DNA from: an uncultured Christensenellaceae bacterium
GTDB taxonomy: Bacteria; Bacillota; Clostridia; Christensenellales; UBA3700
Length of the DNA stretch: 55,209 nucleotides
Assembly: GCA_944381315.1 (NCBI GenBank)
Contig: CALWKR010000020.1
Span: 1-55,209, forward strand
Direction of reading: 5' to 3'
Part shown: piece by piece, positions 28,499-38,101 of the stretch
Position numbering within the stretch: the first letter of the stretch is position 1
Layout of the letters: each line of letters starts with the position of its first letter
Program-made: the position numbers and the translations under genes
Notes under the pieces: generated by a model
What the model saw: only the letters and a program-made list of their open reading frames with translations
Database searches by the model: none
Told to the model about the DNA's origin: nothing

Positions 28499-29620
28499 TT
28501 ATGCCGAATAATATTTGACTGCGTCGAGAGTGAGCGGATAGATGTCCGCGCCCTTCTCGACAAGGTATCGATAGGATCGGTCAAGGCACGCCCTGAATCC
28601 CGCCTCGAAGTCGCGGCGGATGAGCTTGCGCAAGTCATCGACGCCGTCGAAGTCGCGCGCCTGCTCCAACATGTCGGCGCAAAAGATCAGCTTGTCGAGC
28701 GCGGTCATATCGGGCTTGCCCGTGCAGTGGCACGCTATCGCGCCGATCACCGCCTCGTCGTCTATCCCGTACTTGGCGCGCGCGAGATATGCGCCCAAAA
28801 ATTGGTGCTCTACTTCCGTCCCCACGCTGTCGGGCGGACACGGCGAGCCGTCGTGCGGCTGTCGGCAGATCTTCTTGGCGCAGTCGTGGAGCATCGCCGC
28901 CAAAAACACTCTGTCCGTATCTTCGCGCAAGCCGCACTCGGCGTTGAGCGCGAGAGCGCAGACAATGGTGCGCTTGATGTGCGCGTAGGTCTTGGGCTCC
29001 ACGTCGGCGGCGAGCATGTCGGCGAGCGGCGTGAAGTAGGAATACAGTCCCCTCTCTCTGACATAGTCGGCGACGACGGGCATGAGCTCCGTATAGTCGC
29101 GCATGGACGCGAGATAGCGCGCCGACGTGGAAGACAGCGCGTCCGGGACAAAGTCGTCGGCGTATATGCGCGCGCCTCTGCCTGTCCAATGGTCGCGCGC
29201 CGCGTCAAACGCCGCGTCGCGGTCATTGCGCGGAAAGGCGAGGATGGGCATGCACGCGATCACCTTGTCGGGCTCGCGCCATCTGCAGAGATCGACGAGA
29301 CTGTCTCCGCCGATGACGAAGACGCAGTCGCCGTACTTGCGCGCAAGACGCGGCAGCGTCCGATAGCTGAAGTGGACGTCGTCGTCGCCGTTCTCGATCT
29401 CGTCGACGGACATATGCTCTCTGCCGCCGATCGCGGCGCGGAGCATCGCGGCCCTGTCGCGAAACGACGCCGTGCAATGCTTGTGCGGCGGATTGCCCGA
29501 CGGGACGAACACGACCGAATCGCACCCGAGCGCCAGCGCGCGCTCAGCCATCTGTATATGCGCCGAATGCGGCGGATCGAAAGCTCCGCCGAGCAGCGCC
29601 GTACCATGCAAAGGCTTCAT
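28499..29620 (-). CDS. nadD: NadD nicotinate-nucleotide adenylyltransferase fused to a YqeK HD-domain Ap4A hydrolase
   Basis: GGAFDPPHSAH, PSGNPPHK, IGGDS, LSST; then AAMLHDCAK, HQFLGA, HCTG, IFCADMLE. Confidence 0.88.
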   Translation of the reverse strand: MKPLHGTALLGGAFDPPHSAHIQMAERALALGCDSVVFVPSGNPPHKHCTASFRDRAAMLRAAIGGREHMSVDEIENGDDDVHFSYRTLPRLARKYGDCVFVIGGDSLVDLCRWREPDKVIACMPILAFPRNDRDAAFDAARDHWTGRGARIYADDFVPDALSSTSARYLASMRDYTELMPVVADYVRERGLYSYFTPLADMLAADVEPKTYAHIKRTIVCALALNAECGLREDTDRVFLAAMLHDCAKKICRQPHDGSPCPPDSVGTEVEHQFLGAYLARAKYGIDDEAVIGAIACHCTGKPDMTALDKLIFCADMLEQARDFDGVDDLRKLIRRDFEAGFRACLDRSYRYLVEKGADIYPLTLDAVKYYSA

Positions 29621-29626
29621 ACGTCC

Positions 29627-29655
29627 ATTATATAACATTCTCGCCTGAGAGGCAA
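29627..29655 (-). promoter_or_regulatory. Sigma-A promoter; leaderless nadD transcript predicted
   Basis: TTGCCT-N17-TATAAT-N6-ATG; no SD. Confidence 0.65.
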
Positions 29656-29764
29656 TGGATTGACGCAAAAGGCGGCGTCGGACAACGAAAAAAGCGGCGA
29701 TCTTCGCCGCAAAGACGCAACAAAACACTTGCCGCCGATCGGCGACACTTGCCGCGAAGCCCGC

Positions 29765-30034
29765 TCAAAGATTGGCGAGCAACACGCGATAGACCTCGAT
29801 CGCCTCCGCGATCTCCTTCTCTCGGCGGCAGCACTCGTTGAAGCGCCACACCATCGGATGCCGCGGATCGGTGACTGCCATCATCGCCGCATTGGCGCGA
29901 TAACGGGGATCGTTCATCTCGTTTTGAGCGATCTCGAGCCTTCTGAGCCTGTCCCGCAGGTCGTCGCTCTTGAACAAGAAATCGAGGATCTCGTCGAGGT
30001 CGGTCTTGCGAAGTTGTGCTTGTTCGAATGTCAT
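29765..30034 (-). CDS. 89-aa hypothetical helical protein
   Basis: GGAGG RBS; own TTGACA-N17-TATGCT promoter; terminator-like hairpin at 29688-29710. Confidence 0.75.
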   Translation of the reverse strand: MTFEQAQLRKTDLDEILDFLFKSDDLRDRLRRLEIAQNEMNDPRYRANAAMMAVTDPRHPMVWRFNECCRREKEIAEAIEVYRVLLANL

Positions 30035-30130
30035 ATGCGCCTCCAAAGTCCGTATCCTTTCCGCTTTCAGCATATTGCCATGCGCGCGCGTTGTCAATGG
30101 AGAGCGCAACGATTTTACACAAATTTTACA

Positions 30131-32830
30131 TTAGGACAGTTCAAAAGTCACCGTCTGCGCATTTTCGCCGTCCATTTTCAGCTCCGTCGTCTTGCCCGAC
30201 GCGCCGCACGACACGACGATCGTCTGCGGCGAATCCGCTTCGATGACCGCGGTGACCTTGCCCGTCGTCCTCGACCACTCCAAGCTGACCAACGTCGCGT
30301 CGGTGCGCAGTCTCAGTCCCGTGATCTTGCCCTTGTCAAAGCCCTTGGTCGGCAGCGCCGGCAGCAACTGCACTTCGCCCAGCGCGGAATAGACGAGGCT
30401 CTCGTTGACGATGCCGACATAGCCTATCGCGAAGTCGGTGCAATAGCCGCTCTCGCGGTTGGTATGGTGATTGGTCATCAGCGAATCATAATAGATCATC
30501 GAATTCATCAATTGGGCGAGCGCGTCCGTGACCGTCTCGGCGTCCTCGAGCTTGGCGCCGATCAGCGCGCGGTGGACGAGCGCGTGGCTCGCCTCGTTCT
30601 CGCTGGCGCGCACCTCGACGGCTTTCAGCGCCGCCTGTCTGAGTTCTTCGTCCTGCTTGGTCAGATCTACGGGCCATGCGCAATAGAGATGGCTGAGATG
30701 GCGGTGCTCGTTGTTCTCTTCAAAGTCGTAGCAAGCCCATTCTTTGAGCGCGCCGTCCTGCGTCAGGAAGGGCGGCAAGCTGTCGGCGAGCGCGTCCCAC
30801 TCGCTCGTATCGACGGACGCGTCCACAGACTTTGCGACGTCTTTGAGCATCTCTATGCAGCTGAGGCACGCGGCGATGTCGACCGCGGAATTCGCCGCCG
30901 CCGGCGACGGATAGTTGCGCGGAGTGTTTTCGGGCGAATAGGAAGGGATGATGCAATAGCTCTCCCCTTGTTCGAGCCGAGTCTTGCCCTGCTCGTAATG
31001 GATGTATCCGTCCGCGTCGGTATAATACTCGGGGGTGAGCAGCTGCGCCCAATAGTTGTAGGTCTTGATCAGCAGCGGATAGAGGATCTCGGTGCGCAGA
31101 TCGAGATAGCCTCTTTGCTTTATCTCGGCGATGTCCGAGTCGGTCAGATCATCCTGCGTCGGCGACAGCACGGAGCGCAATTTGTCAAGCTCGAACTGCG
31201 GCGACAGCGGCACGCGTATGTCGCCGTAACATTGAAGCGCTTCGTAGAGCGGCTGCAGCAGCCACGACGCGCCGGCATTCCAATATCTGAACGGATATGG
31301 ATACGCAGACTCGGTCATCAGCGCCATGTCGCCGTCGCTGTTGACGGGCGCTTGGATAGCGTCGACATAGCCGTGCGTGGCGCGCGCGTTGTCCTCCCAA
31401 TCGTCGACTTGGCGCAATATGAAATTGGCATAGCCTATCGGCGCGCTCGCGATGTTGGACGTATTGAGCGCGGAGACTTGCAAGTTGACGTTGGCGTCCA
31501 TCGTGTACTTGGAGCCCCACGACGCGCCCCACTCTCCCGTCCACATTCCGTACAGGCGCGGCGCGCTGCCGACAGAGCAGCAGATCTGCTCGTATCTGCC
31601 CGAATAGTAAGTCTTTTGGGCAAGAGAGCTGTCTATCTTGTCCTTGGTGACGAGATCGGTGATACTGACCGAGATCAGCTCTTCATTTGGCTCATAATCG
31701 GAGCCGCCGATGTCGAACGTGACGGCTTGATATTGCGGCGAATATATCTTCGCGTGAGCGAGCAGCGCCGCGTCGAAGTCGAATCCCGCCGAAGTGGCGT
31801 ACTTGTCTGCGACAGCCTTTGCCTTGGAGGCGAGAGCTATCGCAAGATCTGTCCCCGACGGATCGGAGACGTCGCCTTGCAGATCGTATGTCCTGTCCGA
31901 AACGGTGATCAAATAGACGTTTTGCGCGCCCTCTATCTCGACGGCAAAGTCATCGGACGCGCGATATTGCTCCTCGTCGGGCGCAGCCGTCGAAAGCACG
32001 TCGACCGAGCCGCCCTCGACGACGAGATAGCTGACCGTGGCATAGCCGCCGTCTTTGAGCTCGCTGCCCTCATAATCTTGATAGTGCGCGACAAAGTAGA
32101 GCAGCTTGCCGTCGCCGGAAGCCTCCTTGCCATAGCTCAGATCGTCGGACGTGTCGCGGTCTCTCTCGTTGACGGGATAGTCGGTCAAGTCGTCGTAGGA
32201 CAGAGTGACGTCGACCGCAGAGCCGCTGTCGGACGCCGAGATGCGCGTGATCGTCGCGTCGTCGGCAAAGGACGTGAACGTCTGCCTCAGCCACTCCCCT
32301 CCGCTGTCGGAATAGCGCACTCCGACGACCGCGCTGCGATAGTCGGTGTAGCGGATGTAGTCGCTCGTCTCCTTGGCGTCGGAGACTATGCGCAGCGTCG
32401 CGCCGGGGTGGTAACAATAGACGTCGTCATACGACTGCGTGTCGACGATGTCTTTGCCGTTGACGATAGCTTGGCGCACGTCTTCGAGCTGATAGGCGCT
32501 CTCGGGATTGACGCGAGGATTTTGGTTGGGCAAAATGAAGTTGATGTTCTGAAAGATGATCGTGTCGCTATATGGCGAACCGGCTATGACCGCGCCTTGG
32601 GTGCCGTTGCCCGTGACCATGCCTTGGCGCCAGCGTTTGGTGCCGTGTCCTCCCTCGTAAAGCTCATAATATTTTTCGGAAAAAGAGGACATCGCGCACG
32701 GCTCGAACCTTTGGGTCAAAAAAGAATAATCTATCACTTGGGGCGCGGGCTCGTCGTCGCACGCCGTCAACGAGACGGCGCACAGCGCGACCAAAGCTAT
32801 GCATATAAATACGGAAACTATCTTTTTCAT
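30131..32830 (-). CDS. GH95-family alpha-L-fucosidase-like lipoprotein
   Basis: Lipobox LTA-C; GNG..GA; GRY......P.L.G.W....WGSKYT.DAN; PSYSPEN; LKEW; HRHLSHLY; LLPALP. Confidence 0.88.
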   Translation of the reverse strand: MKKIVSVFICIALVALCAVSLTACDDEPAPQVIDYSFLTQRFEPCAMSSFSEKYYELYEGGHGTKRWRQGMVTGNGTQGAVIAGSPYSDTIIFQNINFILPNQNPRVNPESAYQLEDVRQAIVNGKDIVDTQSYDDVYCYHPGATLRIVSDAKETSDYIRYTDYRSAVVGVRYSDSGGEWLRQTFTSFADDATITRISASDSGSAVDVTLSYDDLTDYPVNERDRDTSDDLSYGKEASGDGKLLYFVAHYQDYEGSELKDGGYATVSYLVVEGGSVDVLSTAAPDEEQYRASDDFAVEIEGAQNVYLITVSDRTYDLQGDVSDPSGTDLAIALASKAKAVADKYATSAGFDFDAALLAHAKIYSPQYQAVTFDIGGSDYEPNEELISVSITDLVTKDKIDSSLAQKTYYSGRYEQICCSVGSAPRLYGMWTGEWGASWGSKYTMDANVNLQVSALNTSNIASAPIGYANFILRQVDDWEDNARATHGYVDAIQAPVNSDGDMALMTESAYPYPFRYWNAGASWLLQPLYEALQCYGDIRVPLSPQFELDKLRSVLSPTQDDLTDSDIAEIKQRGYLDLRTEILYPLLIKTYNYWAQLLTPEYYTDADGYIHYEQGKTRLEQGESYCIIPSYSPENTPRNYPSPAAANSAVDIAACLSCIEMLKDVAKSVDASVDTSEWDALADSLPPFLTQDGALKEWACYDFEENNEHRHLSHLYCAWPVDLTKQDEELRQAALKAVEVRASENEASHALVHRALIGAKLEDAETVTDALAQLMNSMIYYDSLMTNHHTNRESGYCTDFAIGYVGIVNESLVYSALGEVQLLPALPTKGFDKGKITGLRLRTDATLVSLEWSRTTGKVTAVIEADSPQTIVVSCGASGKTTELKMDGENAQTVTFELS

Positions 32831-32930
32831 AATTTTCTCCGTCTTTATTTTAGCAAAATCGCGCGCGTCGGTCAATGCAATATTCGCTCAATATTATGGA
32901 GAAAAGCGCGTCTGCGCCGCGCTCGCATAC

Positions 32931-32960
32931 AAAAGCGGCATCCGCAAAAGCGAATGCCGC
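32931..32960 (-). terminator. Terminator after aroF
   Basis: GCGGCATTCG...GGATGCCGC-TTTT on the minus strand. Confidence 0.6.
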
Positions 32961-32991
32961 GTCGCTAGCTCTGTCGGATCGCTCCGAACGC

Positions 32992-34020
32992 TCACAGCTT
33001 GTCCGCGATCTCGGTCAGCAGTCTCTCCGTCTTTTCCCAGCCCAGGCAGGGATCGGTGACGGACATCCCGTACTCGCATCCCGTGACGGGCTGAGCGCCG
33101 TCCTTGATGTAGCTCTCGATCAAGAATCCCTTGACGAACTTGCGCAATCTCGGGTTGTGACGGATGTTGTCGGTCACCTCTTTCGCGATGCGGATCTGCT
33201 CGATGAACTTCTTGCCGCTGTTGCTGTGATTGGTGTCCACGATGACGGCGGGATTTTTCAGCCCCTGCGCCTCGTACATATCGGCAAAGCGCATCAGATC
33301 CTCATAGTGATAGTTGGGGATATTGTTGCCGTAGACGTCCACGCTGCCGCGGAGTATCGCGTGCGCATAGGGGTTGCCCTCGGTGCGGACTTGGCAGGTG
33401 CGGTACTTGAACTCGTTGGGTATTTGCGCCGCATAGATCGAGTTGAGCGTAACGGGGAAGCTGCCGTTCATCGGATTCTTGATGCCGCACGGAATGTCTA
33501 CGCCGCTCGCGACAAGGCGGTGCTGTTGGTCTTCGCTCGATCTCGCGCCGACGGCGACGTAGGTCAAGAGATCGTCCAGATAGACGTGATTCTCGGGATA
33601 GAGCATCTCGTCGGCGGCGGACAGTCCGCTCTCTCCGATAGCGCGCAGATGCATCTTGCGCAGCGCGATGATGCCGGCTTGGATGTCGGTCTCGTTCTTG
33701 TGCGGATCGGGGTTGTGCAATATGCCCTTGTAGCCCTCGCCCTTGGTGCGCGGCTTGTTGGTGTAGATGCGCGGAATGACAAAGATCTTGTCCTTGATCT
33801 TGTCGGCGAGCACGGCGAGCCTGGACACATAGTCACAGACTGCGGTCTCATTGTCGGCGGAACATGGCCCGACGATCGCGATGAGTCTGTCGTCCTCTCC
33901 GCGCAAGATCGCCTTTGCCTCTTCGTCGCGGCGCGCCTTTACGGCGGCGATCTCGGGCGTCACGGGCTCGAGTTGCTTGATCTCCTCGGACGACATGATC
34001 TGTTTGACTTTGACAAACAT
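32992..34020 (-). CDS. aroF: Class I-alpha DAHP synthase (AroF/G/H family)
   Basis: IVGPCSAD, RIYTNKPRT..GYKG, AVGARSSE.Q.HR..ASG, KNP, HAILRG, DTNHSNS.K, IES, YGMSVTDPCLGWE. Confidence 0.9.
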   Translation of the reverse strand: MFVKVKQIMSSEEIKQLEPVTPEIAAVKARRDEEAKAILRGEDDRLIAIVGPCSADNETAVCDYVSRLAVLADKIKDKIFVIPRIYTNKPRTKGEGYKGILHNPDPHKNETDIQAGIIALRKMHLRAIGESGLSAADEMLYPENHVYLDDLLTYVAVGARSSEDQQHRLVASGVDIPCGIKNPMNGSFPVTLNSIYAAQIPNEFKYRTCQVRTEGNPYAHAILRGSVDVYGNNIPNYHYEDLMRFADMYEAQGLKNPAVIVDTNHSNSGKKFIEQIRIAKEVTDNIRHNPRLRKFVKGFLIESYIKDGAQPVTGCEYGMSVTDPCLGWEKTERLLTEIADKL

Positions 34021-36545
34021 CAGTCGACCACCTCGTATCCTGCGTCCTCTATCGCCTTGGCGATGTCCGCTTTCGCGACGTCCTTGTCCATGGTCACGAC
34101 TGCCTGTTCGGCATCCTTGTCCGCCTTGCAGTCGACGACGCCGTCCAACGCTTTGACCGCGTCGGAGACGTGCTTTTCGCAATGAGCACACATCATGCCC
34201 TTGACTTTTACCGTCATTGTCTTCATTTCTCTTTCCTCCTCGGGAGCAACGGCGCACGCGTTGCACGCGCAAGCGCGCGGCTGCTCTGCCGCTTTGTTTT
34301 CAATTATATTATCTTTGCCGCGATTTTTCAACCGTTTGGGCTTGAACAAACTCAATCTCAACGCGTTGAGCACGACGCTGACGGACGACAGACTCATCGC
34401 GAGCGCCGCGATCATCGGATCGAGCAGCAGTCCGCCGAGCGCATATACGACGCCTGCGGCGAACGGGATGCCCAAGATGTTGTAGATGAACGCCCAAAAC
34501 AAGTTCTCCTTGATGTTGCGCACGGTCGCCCTGCCGAGCTCGGTCGCGTATGCGGCGCCGCATACGTCGCCTCCGACGAGCACTACGTCCGCGCTCTCGA
34601 CTGCTATGTCGCTGCCCTCGCCGATCGCTATGCCCACGTCGGCGGTGGACAGCGCCGGCGCGTCGTTTATCCCGTCGCCGACCATGGCGACCTTCTTGCC
34701 CTCTCTCATCAATGCGGCGACTTTGTCGGCCTTGTCGCCGGGCAGCACCTCGGCGATGACTTCGTCGATGCCTGCCTCCTTTGCTATCGCGCCTGCAGTC
34801 GCGGCATTGTCGCCGGTCAGCATGATCGCCTTGATGTGCTGCGCGTGCAAGTCCTCGACAAGTTCTTTCGCGCCGCTTTTCAGTCCGTCCGCAAGAGCGA
34901 TCGAGCCTATCGCCTTGCCGTCATATGCGGCGGCGACGACGCTCGCGCCCATTTGATATGCGCGTCCCAACGCGTCCGCGATCGGCGCTACGTCCACGCC
35001 TTCGCGCTCCAAAAATGCCTGCTTGCCGCACAACAAGACCTTGCCGTCCACCTTGGCCTTCACCCCATAGCCGCTGATGTTCTCCACCTCTTCCGCGACA
35101 GCGGCGTCGGCGCCGTTCTCGGCAGCGTATTCTGTGACCGCCTTGGCGAGAGGATGAGTGCTCAAACTCTCGGCAGACGCACACAGGCCCAAAAATTTTG
35201 TTGCGTCGATCGTCGAGAAGACCTCTTTGACCTTGGGGATGCCCTCGGTCACCGTGCCCGTCTTGTCGAGCACGACGGTGTCGACGTGCGCGCACCTCTC
35301 CAACGCCTCGGCGCTCTTGAACAAAATGCCTATCTTGGCTCCCGCGCCGCTGCCGGTGATGATCGCCGTCGGCGTCGCAAGTCCGAGCGCGCAGGGGCAG
35401 GCTATCGTCAATACGGACACGAACACTTTGATGACGAACGCGCTGTCCTCGCCGCCTGCGGTCGCCCAAATTATCGCCGCGACGACTGCGATCGCCATGA
35501 CCGACGGGACAAAGATCTTGCTGACTTTGTCGGCGAGCTTGGCGATCGGCGCCTTGCTGTTTTGCGCGTTTTCGACGAGCTTGATTATCTTGCTGAGCAT
35601 CGTGTCGCCGCCGACTCCCGTCGCGCGGAACTTCAATGTCCCGTCGCCGTTGACGGTGCCGCCGATGACTCTGTCGCCGACCTTTTTGTCGACGGGCAAA
35701 CTCTCGCCCGTGATCATGCTCTCCTGCACCGCGCTCTCGCCCTCAATGACTTCGCCATCGCAGCAAAAACTCTCGCCTGCACGCACGAGCACTATGTCGC
35801 CGACGGCTACGTCCGCCGCGTCGACCTTGACGAATTCGCCGCCGCGGAGCACATATGCCTCCTTGGGCGCGAGCATCGTCAGCTTGGAGATCGCCTCGCC
35901 CGTCTTGGCGAGCGCGCGGTGCTCCAAATACTTCCCCAGCGAGATCAATGCGAGTATGACTGCCGCCGACTCAAAATAGAGATTGTGGACCGCATGCGTA
36001 TCTCCGCCGCAGATGAGCACGAATCCGTAGATGCTGTACGCGAACGCCGCCGTCGTGCTGATCGCGACGAGCGTGTCCATGTTGGGGTCGAGTCTGAAAA
36101 GGTTGCGATAGCCGCGCAGATAGATCTTGTAGCTGACCGCCATGACGGGTACGCAAAGACAGATCTGCACGATCGCAAAGACGAGCGGATCGCCGTCCGG
36201 GGAGATCGCGTCGGGATAGGGCACGCCGATCATGGGCAACATCGACCACAGCAGCAGCGACAACCCCAGCACGATGCGGACGATCGCAAGCACGAGATCG
36301 GCGTCGACTTTGGTCGCCGTCCTGCCGCTCTTCTCTGCAAATTCTGCCTGATAGCCCGCCTTGGCGACGGCCGCGGCGAGCGCGTCTTTGCCGGCGAGCT
36401 TTTCATCATACTCGACGACTGCCTTGCCGCTCGCAAAGTTGACGTCGGCGCGCGAAACGCCGTTGACTTTGAGCAACGCCTTTTGGCAGCTCGCGCTGCA
36501 TACGACGCAGCTCATGCCTTTGATGTTGAAAATCACGCTCTTCAT
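34020..36545 (-). CDS. copA: Cu(I)-translocating P1B-type ATPase with N- and C-terminal HMA domains
   Basis: GMSCVVC; TGES; [10 protein letters not shown]; DKTGT; HP; GDGINDAP; YN and MSLSS; C-terminal GMMCAHC. Confidence 0.92.
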   Translation of the reverse strand: MKSVIFNIKGMSCVVCSASCQKALLKVNGVSRADVNFASGKAVVEYDEKLAGKDALAAAVAKAGYQAEFAEKSGRTATKVDADLVLAIVRIVLGLSLLLWSMLPMIGVPYPDAISPDGDPLVFAIVQICLCVPVMAVSYKIYLRGYRNLFRLDPNMDTLVAISTTAAFAYSIYGFVLICGGDTHAVHNLYFESAAVILALISLGKYLEHRALAKTGEAISKLTMLAPKEAYVLRGGEFVKVDAADVAVGDIVLVRAGESFCCDGEVIEGESAVQESMITGESLPVDKKVGDRVIGGTVNGDGTLKFRATGVGGDTMLSKIIKLVENAQNSKAPIAKLADKVSKIFVPSVMAIAVVAAIIWATAGGEDSAFVIKVFVSVLTIACPCALGLATPTAIITGSGAGAKIGILFKSAEALERCAHVDTVVLDKTGTVTEGIPKVKEVFSTIDATKFLGLCASAESLSTHPLAKAVTEYAAENGADAAVAEEVENISGYGVKAKVDGKVLLCGKQAFLEREGVDVAPIADALGRAYQMGASVVAAAYDGKAIGSIALADGLKSGAKELVEDLHAQHIKAIMLTGDNAATAGAIAKEAGIDEVIAEVLPGDKADKVAALMREGKKVAMVGDGINDAPALSTADVGIAIGEGSDIAVESADVVLVGGDVCGAAYATELGRATVRNIKENLFWAFIYNILGIPFAAGVVYALGGLLLDPMIAALAMSLSSVSVVLNALRLSLFKPKRLKNRGKDNIIENKAAEQPRACACNACAVAPEEEREMKTMTVKVKGMMCAHCEKHVSDAVKALDGVVDCKADKDAEQAVVTMDKDVAKADIAKAIEDAGYEVVD

Positions 36546-36582
36546 TTCAATCCCTATCAAATCAGTAGACTTTGTTTTCTCT

Positions 36583-36611
36583 ATGATAACATTATGCGCG
36601 CAGGATGTCAA
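36583..36611 (-). promoter_or_regulatory. Sigma-A promoter of copA-aroF
   Basis: TTGACA-N17-TATCAT with extended TG. Confidence 0.7.
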
Positions 36612-36746
36612 TAAAAATACGCCGGCATACGCGACTTTGTGTACTGCGACGCCTTTTCGGAGAACTTGAAAAGGCGGTCTCTGTGCAGACAAAGCCTTCG
36701 CTTTGCAAAAAAAATCGCGATATGTATCGCGATATCCCACTTTTGC

Positions 36747-36776
36747 AAAAAAACGGGGCAGGTCGCCCTGCCCCGT
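36747..36776 (-). terminator. Terminator ending the hexuronate operon
   Basis: ACGGGGCAGG-gcga-CCTGCCCCGT-TTTTTT on the minus strand. Confidence 0.8.
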
Positions 36777-36787
36777 CTCTCGATCCG

Positions 36788-38098
36788 TCAAAGCGTGGGT
36801 ACGGATACCGCGCCGCCGTCCTCGCCGTAGGCGATGTCGATGACGATGTGCATGCTGTCAAAGACGTCCGCTTTGAGCACAAGCTTTTGGTTGACCGCGT
36901 TCTCCTCGACATAATAAGGCATGATGCGCTCGACGTAATAGTCGATCTGATCCAGCCTGCTGTGCTTGTTGTTGTAGTCGTAGGTATAGCGCGCGGTGGT
37001 CATTGCGCCGATGTTGTCCCAGACATAGGAGATGTCCTCGTCAAAGTTGCTCCAATACTTGTTGCCCGACTCGATGTTCTCCTCAAGATTGATCCTCAGA
37101 GCCTCGTCGAAGTATGTCTCGATCCCGACCTGCCACTCTGCGACCGACTCTTTGAGACTGTCGAGATATTGCGGGATCGTCTGTTCGATCGCCGTCGTCC
37201 AGCCGGCGTCCGACGTGGAAGCAGGCACTTCCGGCACCGTCTCGAAGCCGATCACGGGCGCGTTCTCGGGCATGGCGTAAACCGATCTGTACTGCGCCTG
37301 CATGACATGGGTATAGATCTTGTTGCCGTTGGAGAAGCCGACGCAGTCTTCGGACAGGAAGGTGCCGACGTGCACGCCGTATTCTTCGAGCAGAGTGAGC
37401 CCGTCCTCGATCGTCTCGAACACGACGGGATCGCCGCCGTTGACGGAAGTCTTGGTCACTCCGTCCTCGCTCGCGACGACATAGACGATGCTGTTGTCTA
37501 TCGCCGCCTTGATCGTGTCGTATCTGTACTTGTCGCTCTGCGATTCTGCCGCCTTGGTCTGCAACTCTTCGAGTTTCGCTGCCCCGTCCTCGCCTATGCA
37601 ATCGGTGAAGTCGTCATAGAAGTTCTCCCAGATCTCGGGATAGACGGTCAGCTTGAAGTAGAAGTTGTCCGAGCCGTTCTGCGCGTACTGAACATACGAA
37701 TATTGGTCGTACCACGCATTGGTCTCTCTGCCGAGATCGGCGAGGGCTTGCTGTCTGTCGCTCTTGGTGCCGAACAGGTCGTCCAAGAAGTTGCTGTCCT
37801 CGTCGGCGAGCTCGTCGCTGAGAGCGTTGTACATCTTTTCGTATCGATCCCAACCCTTGTCGGACGAAGTGCCGCGCTCGATCGCCGCGTTGAAGTGTCT
37901 CTCGACGGCGAACTCTGTCGTGAAGGACGCCTGCTGCAAGTTGGCGAGAATGGACTCGTACTTGCTCTCGAAATCCTTCATATCGTCCTCGATGGACTGA
38001 TAGTACTCTTCTTCGCTCTGCGAGCAGCCGACGAACACGGTCGCAAGCAGGCATATGACGGCAATGATCGCCGTGAGGATAACGTATCTCTTTTTCAT
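36788..38098 (-). CDS. Acidic lipoprotein of unknown function (436 aa)
   Basis: Lipobox FVG-C; starts 3 nt after the transporter stop; no recognised domain. Confidence 0.8.
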   Translation of the reverse strand: MKKRYVILTAIIAVICLLATVFVGCSQSEEEYYQSIEDDMKDFESKYESILANLQQASFTTEFAVERHFNAAIERGTSSDKGWDRYEKMYNALSDELADEDSNFLDDLFGTKSDRQQALADLGRETNAWYDQYSYVQYAQNGSDNFYFKLTVYPEIWENFYDDFTDCIGEDGAAKLEELQTKAAESQSDKYRYDTIKAAIDNSIVYVVASEDGVTKTSVNGGDPVVFETIEDGLTLLEEYGVHVGTFLSEDCVGFSNGNKIYTHVMQAQYRSVYAMPENAPVIGFETVPEVPASTSDAGWTTAIEQTIPQYLDSLKESVAEWQVGIETYFDEALRINLEENIESGNKYWSNFDEDISYVWDNIGAMTTARYTYDYNNKHSRLDQIDYYVERIMPYYVEENAVNQKLVLKADVFDSMHIVIDIAYGEDGGAVSVPTL

Positions 38099-38101
38099 AG
38101 C

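Noticed and set aside
29660-32968. 1102-aa plus-strand ORF
   Set aside because: Antisense shadow of the GH95 gene, expected from high-GC codon bias; no motifs.
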